DNA from: Isorropodon fossajaponicum endosymbiont JTNG4
GTDB lineage: Bacteria; Pseudomonadota; Gammaproteobacteria; PS1; Pseudothioglobaceae
Assembly: GCF_016592615.1 (NCBI RefSeq)
Contig: NZ_AP013043.1
Span: 840,001-872,000, forward strand
Length of the DNA: 32,000 nt
Direction of reading: 5' to 3'
The translations under genes and the position numbers were made by a program. This document shows, piece after piece, positions 16,705 to 24,311 of this stretch. Positions within the stretch are counted from its first letter, which is position 1. The number at the start of each line of letters is the position of its first letter. The notes beneath the pieces were generated by a model that searched no databases, had not been told where the DNA came from, and was given only the letters and a program-made list of their open reading frames with translations.

Positions 16705-18290
16705 CTAGAACTTGTCTTTGAATGATTTTAAATCTATATGACTGTCATCAAAATCGTCATCCTCTGCTTCAAACTCATATTCAGTTGCTCTTTGATTGTG
16801 CTTACTAATCGTTACAAAGGTTTTGTTCGTCCTGTCTTTTGATTTTTCATAGTAAATACCAACAATCTCTAATGATTCTTGAAGCCTATCCAGGTAGTTA
16901 ACCACGCCTTTGGCGGTAGTTGGCCATCTTTGTGACCTGATAACCTTTTCAGATACATAACATTTGTCTTCTAGCCTCTCCAGCAATTCAATCGGTCTGC
17001 CATAAAAGTTACTTTCTCTTTCAAACATCTTAACAATACCAGAAGCAAAGGTAGAGGACTCTAACGAATCGACATGGGTGTTCCTTATGTTGTCTTTATA
17101 GACTTTCATAAACTCACCTTCGAACCATCCATAGGCACCTGATGCTGCTGTAGACAGTCGACAGAAGTCGGCCATACGGGTTAAATCATCAACCTGTGTA
17201 TGCGGCATGGCTTGAATTGACCAAGCCAGTCCATCTAGTAATGCACCAAAGATAGATGGAGCATCTGCCGTAAAGTCAGCCCAAACCTTTTTCTCAGTTT
17301 TCCTAGTCTTGATTTTTCTTAGCGGTAACTTAACGCTACGACTAACTAAATCACCACGCTTAGCTATCTCATCAATACCATTCATAAGACAAGGTTTCTT
17401 AATGGAGATGGTCATCTCATCGTTAGTGGTGTAGAGCTTTCTAACTGCCTGGTTGTCGCCTGTTGCAATCTTGCAAATAGCATCACTAAACTGAGGACTG
17501 ATGCCACTCAAGTTGTCAAATGCTAGTACATGGTTGTTAGTTCCAATTACTCTCATGTCACTAATGCTTGGCTTGGTGAGCAAGTCAACTTTGTTAGGGT
17601 CTACAAGCTCTCTAAGCATCCTAGAAGCGGTTGTCTTACCTGTGCCAGCACTACCCCATTAAGAATCATAACAGGATAGGCTCCTGGTCCAGCTTGCAAT
17701 GACATTAGCAACCACCCAACAGCAAGAGGTAAGTCTCTCTTCTCGATGTTAATATGATTAAGTAACAATGAAATATCACCACCCTCTATAGGAGCAGGCA
17801 ATGGCCTCATGTTTCCAGTACGTGTAAAGCATACTGGAGATTTATCTAGCACTCTCCAGCCATTTATATCAACTTCAACAACCTGCCATGAGTCATTACA
17901 CAGGTCAATGTACATGGAGTTATCTACTTGGGCTACCCTTAGATAAACATCTTTTCTATCGCCATCAAAATCTGCAATAGATTTAATGGTGTCAATAGCA
18001 GTATCTAGTGCCGCCTTAGAAACGCCTGTGAGTGTTTGATAATAATACTTCTTTCTTAACCAGCTCTTATATTTAACCGAATCTGCTCGATATATTTCCG
18101 TATGGCCATTGAGTTTAATTTCAGCGTATTCATTTTCTTGATTATCACAAAACAAAACGTTTTCCAACCTAGCAAAATCAATTAATATGTTCTCTGGTTT
18201 TTTGTTAGAATTATCATTGAGGTTATTATCCAATTTCTTCTGGCCAGTTAAGCTCTCTACAGTTTCACTGGCTTTTTTATTGTCATTCAT
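16705..18290 (-). pseudogene. P-loop NTPase replication (primase/helicase-like) protein of the island, frameshifted in a homopolymer tract
   Basis: Two ORFs overlap (17601-18290 and 16705-17619). The Walker A GSAGTGKTTASRMLRELV is readable only in the downstream frame, which is closed by TAA just upstream. One extra G in the GGGG run (C4 at 17654-17657 on the plus strand) would restore ..VMILNGGSAGTGKTT... Walker B-like VLAFDNLSG is present. Confidence 0.7.
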
Positions 18291-18484
18291 TTCGTCACCG
18301 CCCTCTTCTCAATACATTTATCCAAATAGTCCATCACCTCTTGCTCAACCCAACCGCTTGAGCGTTCACTTAATTTGATTTGCTTTGGAAACTTTCCATC
18401 CGCTATTAAACGGTAGATAGTTGTACGACTAAGGGTGGTTATATTTAGTACCTGGTACAGTTTTATGATATTCATGTGCTTCAT
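18287..18484 (-). CDS. alpA: AlpA-family (MerR-like HTH) regulator/excisionase
   Basis: LSRTTIYRLIADGKFPKQIKLSERSSGWVEQEVMDYL is the classic AlpA/phage_AlpA pattern. AGGAG RBS upstream. The stop overlaps the next gene's start (ATGA). Confidence 0.85.
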   Translation of the reverse strand: MKHMNIIKLYQVLNITTLSRTTIYRLIADGKFPKQIKLSERSSGWVEQEVMDYLDKCIEKRAVTK

Positions 18485-18572
18485 TAAGACTCCTTGTCTT
18501 GGTTAAAAAAGCGTTATTAGGTTGTAATAACTACTTGTGGAGTATTATGAAATATCGTGTGATTTATTGAAA

Positions 18573-18603
18573 AGGTGATTTTATAAAATAAAATAAATCA
18601 CCT
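18573..18603 (-). terminator. Hairpin downstream of orf256 (candidate terminator)
   Basis: AGGTGATTT (18573-18581) pairs with AAATCACCT (18595-18603) across a 13-nt A/T loop, 20 nt after the stop at 18623. The trailing T-run is weak. Confidence 0.4.
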
Positions 18604-18622
18604 AAGAAGAATGTTGTTATGA

Positions 18623-19393
18623 CTAGGGTTTCAGAGCGTTGAAGATATATTTCTTTATTGTATTATCTTTTAAATTCCGCTCTGCTTTATTTAAACAAAG
18701 CTTAACCAAGTTGAAGAACCTGCCCTCAATAAGCTCATCGTCAGTCTCATTGATATAGTAGCCGTCGTCCTTACCTTTGTGTGTTGTGGTGTATTTACCT
18801 TTAGAGCTTCCTGTGAAGATTTTATAGTTAATAAAAAGATTTCTAATGAAAGCCATATCAATATTCACTTTGCTTTGATTTGATTCTAACTCGATATAAT
18901 TTGAATTATTCTTTTCAAGATTTTCTATTACACCTTGCAATAAAAGCAGTGAAGTAATAATATCTTCTCGTGATGTTGAGATTTCTTTTGCGATTGAACT
19001 GGTGTTGAGCTTTACAAGTTCACTATTGATAATATCTAACTTTTGACTGTGTGTACTTACAGGTGGTGGTGCAAATGCAGAGAAGTAGGTTATAGGGTCA
19101 TCCTTGTTTGTAGTTTTGTATCGATTAACCTCATCCAGTGCCTTGGCTTTAAATTCACCAGCCCCTACTTCATTAGATAAAAGCAAGTTAACTAACGTAT
19201 CAGCAGTCTCGTATATTTCACGTCCAGATGATTTCTTCCACGATTTAGCGCGAATATAAATCATTTGGTCAATATTTATATGCTGAACAAAGTCGCTCTC
19301 GATTTCATCAATAGATGAATTAGTGTATGACTTGTTATCAAATCCAATTTCAAGTAGGTCTTGCTCCGTAATTAGGTATGACTCTCTATCCAT
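18623..19393 (-). CDS. Hypothetical 256-aa protein, translationally coupled to the integrase
   Basis: The ATG at 19393 overlaps the integrase 3' end (19386) by 8 nt. No recognisable motif. Confidence 0.6.
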   Translation of the reverse strand: MDRESYLITEQDLLEIGFDNKSYTNSSIDEIESDFVQHINIDQMIYIRAKSWKKSSGREIYETADTLVNLLLSNEVGAGEFKAKALDEVNRYKTTNKDDPITYFSAFAPPPVSTHSQKLDIINSELVKLNTSSIAKEISTSREDIITSLLLLQGVIENLEKNNSNYIELESNQSKVNIDMAFIRNLFINYKIFTGSSKGKYTTTHKGKDDGYYINETDDELIEGRFFNLVKLCLNKAERNLKDNTIKKYIFNALKP

Positions 19394-20579
19394 TGGAGTT
19401 GCCTTTTATATTATCTAAGTAATCAGACCACTGCTGCATCATATCCCTTCTCTTCTCAAGATACTCCGCATTGTTATAGGCATCTCGAGTCTTATTAGCT
19501 TCAACATGTGCTAATTGCATTTCAATCCAATCTGAATTAAATCCCATCTCATTTAACCTGGTGCTAGCCATGCTTCTAAAGCCATGAGTAGTGAACTTTT
19601 CTTTCGGAATGCCTAACCTTCTAATAGCTGCACGTAAACTTTCAGCACTTATTGGAGATGAGCTTTTCTTGGGACTTGGGAAGACGTATGTATCACTTAA
19701 ACTTAAAGACTTAATCTCCTTAAGTTTAGAAAGCACTTGTTTACTTAAAAACACCAAATGCTCCCTACCCATCTTCATGTTTTCAGCCTTGATCCTGATA
19801 AGCTTCTCTTTAAAATTAACCTCTTTCCATGTAAGCTTAGAAACCTCACCAGGCCTTAAGAGCAAGTAAGGCGTTAAGTTCAATGCCTCTGCAATTTGAT
19901 AGGTACCTCTGCCCTTGTAATTCTCTAGCGTTAACAGTAGCTCCTTAATATCATCTTCAGTAGTTACAGTGGCATGATGTTTAGTCTTATGCTTCTTAAA
20001 ATGCTCGTTGGTAATATTGGCTATTGGGTCGTACTCGATCAATCCAGTAACAACACAATCTTTAAACACCCTGCTTGACCAACCCTTAACTTTCTTAAGA
20101 GCAATTGAAATACCTTTATCATCCATCTGTCTAAGAACATGCAACATATCTGGAGTCTTAATATCTTCAATTGGAGTATTGCCGATGTAAGGAAAGATGT
20201 GTTTTTCAAAAGTAGCAACTTGTTTCTGAGCAGTTCGTTTTGTCCATTCACTCTCATGCCTATTAAACCATCTGTCAAATGCTTCTCTAAAGGTAATCTT
20301 CTGCTGTTGCTTAATTTTTAACTGTTTCTTATAAGCGCTAGGATTAATACCTTGTGACAATAAGGCTTGGTTTTCATCTCTAAGCACTCTAGCTTGAGCT
20401 AATGATACTGCTGGATATTTTCCTAACGAAATCATTGAAGCTTTACCGTCATAACGATAACGAAACCTCCACTTCTTTGCACCTTTAGGAGTGATTCGTA
20501 TAGACAAGCCGTTACTATCAGCGACTCCATACTCAAAGTCCTTAGTTTTTAGGTTTTTAATTTTAGTATTGTTAAGCAT
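19386..20579 (-). CDS. int: Tyrosine-type site-specific integrase (P4-like, DUF4102 N-terminal domain)
   Basis: N-terminus GLSIRITPKGAKKWRFRYRYDGKASMISLGKYPAVSLAQAR. C-terminal catalytic region LLLRPGEV, HGFRSMASTRLNE and IEMQLAH...RDAY. It lies next to the tRNA 3' end. Confidence 0.93.
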   Translation of the reverse strand: MLNNTKIKNLKTKDFEYGVADSNGLSIRITPKGAKKWRFRYRYDGKASMISLGKYPAVSLAQARVLRDENQALLSQGINPSAYKKQLKIKQQQKITFREAFDRWFNRHESEWTKRTAQKQVATFEKHIFPYIGNTPIEDIKTPDMLHVLRQMDDKGISIALKKVKGWSSRVFKDCVVTGLIEYDPIANITNEHFKKHKTKHHATVTTEDDIKELLLTLENYKGRGTYQIAEALNLTPYLLLRPGEVSKLTWKEVNFKEKLIRIKAENMKMGREHLVFLSKQVLSKLKEIKSLSLSDTYVFPSPKKSSSPISAESLRAAIRRLGIPKEKFTTHGFRSMASTRLNEMGFNSDWIEMQLAHVEANKTRDAYNNAEYLEKRRDMMQQWSDYLDNIKGNSNG

Positions 20580-20590
20580 AGTTTTTATCT

Positions 20591-20614
20591 TATACTCACA
20601 ATTGTACTCACTTT
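20591..20614 (+). repeat. Tandem 12-bp units TATACTCACAAT / TGTACTCACTTT, a candidate integrase arm-type site
   Basis: Same core (T[AG]TACTCAC) and orientation as the repeat at 4821-4844. It lies directly upstream of int. Confidence 0.5.
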
Positions 20615-20699
20615 ATATCAGGATGTCGCGGAATTTCATGGAACAGTAAAAACACACTATATTGTTAAATACCGCTATAGGTAGGTATTTAAGACATAA

Positions 20700-20726
20700 A
20701 TCAAGACACCCTGGGGGTGTCTTGAT
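20700..20726 (-). terminator. Island-borne hairpin after tRNA-Asn, a candidate terminator insulating int
   Basis: ATCAAGACACC (20700-20710) pairs with GGTGTCTTGAT (20716-20726) across a 5-nt loop. On the minus strand it is followed by TTTATGTCTT. Confidence 0.55.
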
Positions 20727-20735
20727 TTACTTGTA

Positions 20736-20811
20736 TGGCTCCTCGAGCTGGGCTCGAACCAGCGACAAATGGATTAACAGTCCATTGCTCTACCAACTGA
20801 GCTATCGAGGA
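20736..20811 (-). tRNA. tRNA-Asn (anticodon GTT), CCA encoded
   Basis: The reverse complement reads TCCTCGATAGCTCAGTTGGTAGAGCAATGGACTGTTAATCCATTTGTCGCTGGTTCGAGCCCAGCTCGAGGAGCCA. It has a 7-bp acceptor stem TCCTCGA/TCGAGGA, anticodon loop CTGTTAA, a GGTTCGAG T-arm, and close resemblance to E. coli tRNA-Asn. Confidence 0.95.
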
Positions 20812-20822
20812 ATGAAGGTGAA

Positions 20823-20851
20823 ATTATAATGATATATGCGTGTTAAAGCAA
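20823..20851 (-). promoter_or_regulatory. Candidate sigma70 promoter for tRNA-Asn
   Basis: On the minus strand: TTGCTT (20846-20851), 17-nt spacer, TATAAT (20823-20828). The -10 element ends 11 nt before the mature tRNA 5' end. Confidence 0.45.
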
Positions 20852-21007
20852 TCTAAAAATCAGTTATTTTTATAGTTTTTTTAAATATGCCAAAAACTAC
20901 ACTGATACGTACTTATACACTAATTTTTTTTAAACAAAAAGGACGCAATTACACCCTTGATTAATCAAGATGACTAATTATTTTATCACAGGCGTTGAAC
21001 CAAGCGG

Positions 21008-21073
21008 TTAGGTTAATACTGAAGTCGCTACAACTACTGTGGCCATTGCTACTATTTGTATTAATGTTTTCAT
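21008..21073 (-). CDS. Possible 21-aa hydrophobic peptide (MKTLIQIVAMATVVVATSVLT)
   Basis: A strong GGAGG lies 6 nt upstream of the ATG (21071-21073). The sequence resembles the signal peptides of the two neighbouring GNW-repeat proteins. It is very short, so the call is speculative. Confidence 0.25.
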   Translation of the reverse strand: MKTLIQIVAMATVVVATSVLT

Positions 21074-21170
21074 ACCTACCTCCATACTTTTTTTAATTAT
21101 AACAAAAAAAATAAAATCTAAAAACATGGCAATATTTTGACTGATGCCGCCAAAAAAAAAATTCAGACAA

Positions 21171-21193
21171 TAAAACCACCCAAAGGGTGGTTT
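21171..21193. terminator. Rho-independent terminator after the first GNW-repeat gene
   Basis: AAAACCACCC, loop AAA, GGGTGGTTTT, with A/T runs on both sides. A second perfect palindrome CTGCTAGATTAATCTAGCAG lies at 21204-21223. Confidence 0.7.
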
Positions 21194-21238
21194 TATTTAA
21201 CCTTGCTGCTAGATTAATCTAGCAGTCAATTAGGTGTC

Positions 21239-21772
21239 TTACTTAGCAATCACTTGATCACGACTGTCAGCAGTTGCGTTAGCTTTAGCATAAGCATAAC
21301 CTTTAGCATAAGCATCAGCTTGTGCTTTAGCGAATGCATCAGCTTGACCTTTGGCATAAGCGTCAGCAACACCTTTAGCGCTAGCATCAGCAGTACCTGC
21401 ATATTTGCCATCGGCAGTTGCGCTAGAAACGTTCTTAGTCGTGTTCTTATTATTATAATGGAAACCCCAATCAGAATCGTTGTTCATATCGTTGTTGTTT
21501 GAAAAAGGACCCCAGTTGTTAGCGCCGTTGAAAGGACCCATGTTAGAACCACCATTCATTGGACCCCAGTTGTTACCACCTGAAAAAGGACCCCAGTTAG
21601 AACCACCATTCATTGGACCAAAGTTAGAACCACTATCAAATGGACCCCAGTTAGAAAGACCATTGCCAGTACCCCAGCCGTTGTTATTATTGCCATAACC
21701 GTTGTTGTTATTCCAAAATGCTGATGCAGATGTAGCAGCTACTAAAGTAGCAATTGCAATTATTTTTTTCAT
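21239..21772 (-). CDS. Secreted Gly/Asn/Trp-rich repeat protein, paralogue A
   Basis: I chose the ATG at 21772 (GGAG RBS 7 nt upstream) over the TTG at 21784. Signal peptide MKKIIAIATLVAATSASA/FW. Six 9-aa units of type G(S/N)N(W/F/M)GP(F/M)xG, encoded by 27-nt tandem repeats (21507-21668). Ala/Lys-rich C-terminus with ADAYAKG-type repeats. Confidence 0.8.
   Translation of the reverse strand: MKKIIAIATLVAATSASAFWNNNNGYGNNNNGWGTGNGLSNWGPFDSGSNFGPMNGGSNWGPFSGGNNWGPMNGGSNMGPFNGANNWGPFSNNNDMNNDSDWGFHYNNKNTTKNVSSATADGKYAGTADASAKGVADAYAKGQADAFAKAQADAYAKGYAYAKANATADSRDQVIAK
21424..21757. repeat. 334-bp block identical to 22331-22664 (copy 1)
   Basis: Base-by-base comparison by eye found no mismatch at an offset of 907 nt. 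The block covers the repeat domain and most of the signal peptide of the paralogues. Confidence 0.9.
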
Positions 21773-22157
21773 ATTAATCTCCAAATTAAAAAGTATTAAC
21801 GCTCTTATTGTTAAGCGGGTTTTTAAGTAATCAGACTTTGTGGTCTTGATGGGGGTATTATATGGTAAATATATTATAAGTCAATGGTATTCTAATATAT
21901 ATTAATAATGAAACCATAAGAACCCTTCTAGCCTCTCTATTAAAATATTTTACCAAAATAAAAAAATATTTAAAAAAATAAAATAACCAGAAAATATCAC
22001 TAAAACTAATTAAATTAAGTGTGAAAAAAAGATAAGTTTTAGATAAAAAAATATTCAAAATTTAGCTAATATTTAATCATTAACCTGCATATAAATATAG
22101 CAGAAACAAAAAAGCCCCCCACCCCAAAGGCGGCTTTAATTTAATGCTGTCTGAATG

Positions 22158-22688
22158 TTACTGACCTCTACTGTCAGCATTTCCTGCAGACTTTCCATCT
22201 GCATAACCTTTAGCATAAGCGTCAGCTTGACCTTTGGCAAAACCATCAGCTGCACCTTTAACATAAGCATCAGCCTGTGCTTTGGCATTTGCAGAAACTA
22301 CACCAGTTGCATTACCATCTACTGAGGCATTAGAAACGTTCTTAGTCGTGTTCTTATTATTATAATGGAAACCCCAATCAGAATCGTTGTTCATATCGTT
22401 GTTGTTTGAAAAAGGACCCCAGTTGTTAGCGCCGTTGAAAGGACCCATGTTAGAACCACCATTCATTGGACCCCAGTTGTTACCACCTGAAAAAGGACCC
22501 CAGTTAGAACCACCATTCATTGGACCAAAGTTAGAACCACTATCAAATGGACCCCAGTTAGAAAGACCATTGCCAGTACCCCAGCCGTTGTTATTATTGC
22601 CATAACCGTTGTTGTTATTCCAAAATGCTGATGCAGATGTAGCAGCTACTAAAGTAGCAATTGCCACTAGTTTTATTGCGTTTTTCAT
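22158..22688 (-). CDS. Secreted Gly/Asn/Trp-rich repeat protein, paralogue B
   Basis: ATG at 22688 with an AGGAG RBS. Residues from the signal peptide core to ..NKNTTKNVS are identical to paralogue A. The C-terminus diverges (AKAQADAYVKGAADGFAKGQADAYAKGYADGK). Confidence 0.8.
   Translation of the reverse strand: MKNAIKLVAIATLVAATSASAFWNNNNGYGNNNNGWGTGNGLSNWGPFDSGSNFGPMNGGSNWGPFSGGNNWGPMNGGSNMGPFNGANNWGPFSNNNDMNNDSDWGFHYNNKNTTKNVSNASVDGNATGVVSANAKAQADAYVKGAADGFAKGQADAYAKGYADGKSAGNADSRGQ
22331..22664. repeat. 334-bp block identical to 21424-21757 (copy 2)
   Basis: See copy 1. Confidence 0.9.
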
Positions 22689-22796
22689 TTTATCTCCTAA
22701 TTAAAATTATGTAGTATAAATAAGAAAATTAATATCTACCCGAATAATAATACACAACTAGAAAATAGAGTGCAACACTATTAGTAGACAATAATT

Positions 22797-24047
22797 TTAT
22801 AATATAGAATCAATGATTGCATCACCGAACTCAGAGCATGACAATAATGTCGCACCATCCATAAGTCTTTCTAAATCATAAGTGACAGTTTTATTTTGAA
22901 TAACCTTAGACATCGCCTCTAAAACCATATCAGCCGCCTGTGTCCAACCCATATGCCTAAGCATCATTTCTGCTGAAAGGATGATTGAACCTGGATTGAC
23001 TTTATTAAGCCCTGCATACTTTGGCGCTGTGCCATGTGTTGCTTCAAATACAGCTGTTGTGCCTGAAAGATTCGCACCTGGCGCAATACCAATACCGCCC
23101 ACTTGAGCAGCCAATGCATCTGAAATATAATCACCATTTAAATTAAGCGTAGCAATGACCGAATACTCTTCAGGACGCAAAAGAATTTGTTGTAAAAAAG
23201 CATCCGCAATGACATCCTTAATTGTAATTACTGTGCCTGTGTTTGGATTTTTAAACGACTTCCACGGTCCATCACCAAGGATAGTTGCACCAAATTCATC
23301 ATGTGCTAACTGATAACCCCAATCTCTAAATCCGCCTTCAGTGAATTTCATAATATTGCCTTTGTGCACCAAAGTTACTGAATCTTTATCATTGTCAATG
23401 GCATATTGAATGGCGCTGCGCACTAAACGATCTGTACCCTCTTTAGAAACTGGTTTAATACCAATTCCTGAGGTATCAGGAAAACGAATTTTTGTTGTAC
23501 CCATTTCATCTTGCAAAAAATCAATGATCTTTTTTACCTCAGCAGTGCCTGCCTGATATTCGATGCCTGCATAAATATCTTCAGAATTTTCTCTAAAAAT
23601 AACCATATCAATCTTTTCAGGTGCTTTAACTGGCGAAGGCGTGCCTTTAAAATACTTAACTGGGCGCTGACAAATAAACAAATCCAACGTTTGACGAATG
23701 GCCACATTCAAAGAGCGCATACCACCGCCCACTGGTGTGGTTAGTGGGCCTTTAATAGACACTGAAAACTCTTCTATAGCGTCCAAGGTTTCTTGTGGTA
23801 AATATTCACCATAAATATCATTTGCTCTTTCGCCTGCATAAATATCCATCCATTGAATTGCTTTTGAGCCATTGTAGACTTTAGCAACAATGGCATCAAT
23901 CACTTTTTTCATCACTGGCGAGACATCTGCGCCAATACCGTCCCCTTCAATATAAGTAATAATTGGATAATTTGGCACTTTGATAACACCCTTTTCAAAG
24001 CTAATTTTTTCACCATTTTTAGGTACTTGAATGTGTTGATAACTCAT
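22797..24047 (-). CDS. icd: NADP-dependent isocitrate dehydrogenase
   Basis: 416 aa and near-colinear with E. coli Icd: [88 protein letters not shown]. Confidence 0.97.
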   Translation of the reverse strand: MSYQHIQVPKNGEKISFEKGVIKVPNYPIITYIEGDGIGADVSPVMKKVIDAIVAKVYNGSKAIQWMDIYAGERANDIYGEYLPQETLDAIEEFSVSIKGPLTTPVGGGMRSLNVAIRQTLDLFICQRPVKYFKGTPSPVKAPEKIDMVIFRENSEDIYAGIEYQAGTAEVKKIIDFLQDEMGTTKIRFPDTSGIGIKPVSKEGTDRLVRSAIQYAIDNDKDSVTLVHKGNIMKFTEGGFRDWGYQLAHDEFGATILGDGPWKSFKNPNTGTVITIKDVIADAFLQQILLRPEEYSVIATLNLNGDYISDALAAQVGGIGIAPGANLSGTTAVFEATHGTAPKYAGLNKVNPGSIILSAEMMLRHMGWTQAADMVLEAMSKVIQNKTVTYDLERLMDGATLLSCSEFGDAIIDSIL

Positions 24048-24078
24048 ACTTTAGTTTGCAGTTGAAAACTGCATTATT

Positions 24079-24309
24079 TTAGCATCTTCCCCATTTGAAT
24101 AGTATTTTTCTCGCTTTGGAAATTTGTTCAAATCCAAGTTTTTGATATAATTGACAGACCTTAAAATTATCCTCCCGAAGTTCTAAAATAATTGATTTAT
24201 TTAATTGTTTTAACGTTTCAATCAACGCAGTTGCCACACCATGATTTTTAAAATCATGGTGTGTTGTAATGCGAAAAATTTCGACCACATCAGTCGTTTG
24301 ATACACCAC
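24079..24309 (-). pseudogene. GNAT-family N-acetyltransferase C-terminal remnant
   Basis: Only the acetyl-CoA-binding half is present (VEIFRITTHHDFKNHGVATALIETL...LELREDNFKVCQLYQKLGFE). The ORF opens with GTG directly after the ilvA stop, and there is no room for the N-terminal half. Confidence 0.45.
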
Positions 24310-24311
24310 AG

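Larger units (their letters stand above)
4745..20747. mobile_element. About 16 kb tRNA-Asn-integrated genomic island with a P4-like/satellite-like int-alpA-replication backbone and plus-strand cargo
   Basis: The 13-bp direct repeat ATGGCTCCTCGAG at 4745-4757 and 20735-20747 matches 16 of 17 positions when extended. The right copy is the 3' end of tRNA-Asn. A DUF4102-type tyrosine integrase lies next to the tRNA, followed by AlpA and a P-loop replication gene. Related 12-bp tandem sites occur near both ends. Confidence 0.85.

Noticed and set aside
11132-20321. Short ORFs overlapping island genes (11132-11389, 12333-12566, 13059-13289, 13453-13680, 13736-13948, 15205-15432, 18187-18378, 19591-19869, 20008-20190, 20039-20278, 20139-20321)
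   Set aside because: These are shadow ORFs inside or antisense to well-supported genes (DUF1311, MTase, helicase, replication gene, integrase).
21507-21668. Regular 27-nt periodicity that could look like a short CRISPR-like or satellite array
   Set aside because: The units are contiguous with no spacers, stay in frame, and encode the 9-aa GxNWGPxxG repeat. This is a coding tandem repeat, not a CRISPR array.
21480-21698. 72-aa Pro/Leu-rich plus-strand ORFs, with an identical copy at 22387-22605, and the 82-aa ORF at 21254-21502
   Set aside because: They are antisense shadows of the GNW-repeat genes. The minus-strand frames have RBSs, signal peptides and terminators, whereas these have none.
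21858-22058. 66-aa minus-strand ORF in the intergenic region between the GNW paralogues
   Set aside because: The stretch is extremely AT-rich and low-complexity, with no RBS. The Phe/Ile/Lys/Tyr-rich product is typical of random ORFs in AT-rich spacers.
22100-22145. Possible terminator AAAAGCCCCCCACCCCAAAGGCGGCTTTAATTT after GNW paralogue B
   Set aside because: It resembles the clean terminator at 21171-21193, but the stem pairs poorly (only about 6 bp, AAAGCC/GGCTTT, with a large C-rich loop). I did not call it as a feature.
24057-24073. Palindrome TGCAGTTGAAAACTGCA between the GNAT remnant and icd
   Set aside because: The hairpin is short with no flanking T-run. It could be a weak attenuator or a binding site, but I cannot support a specific call.
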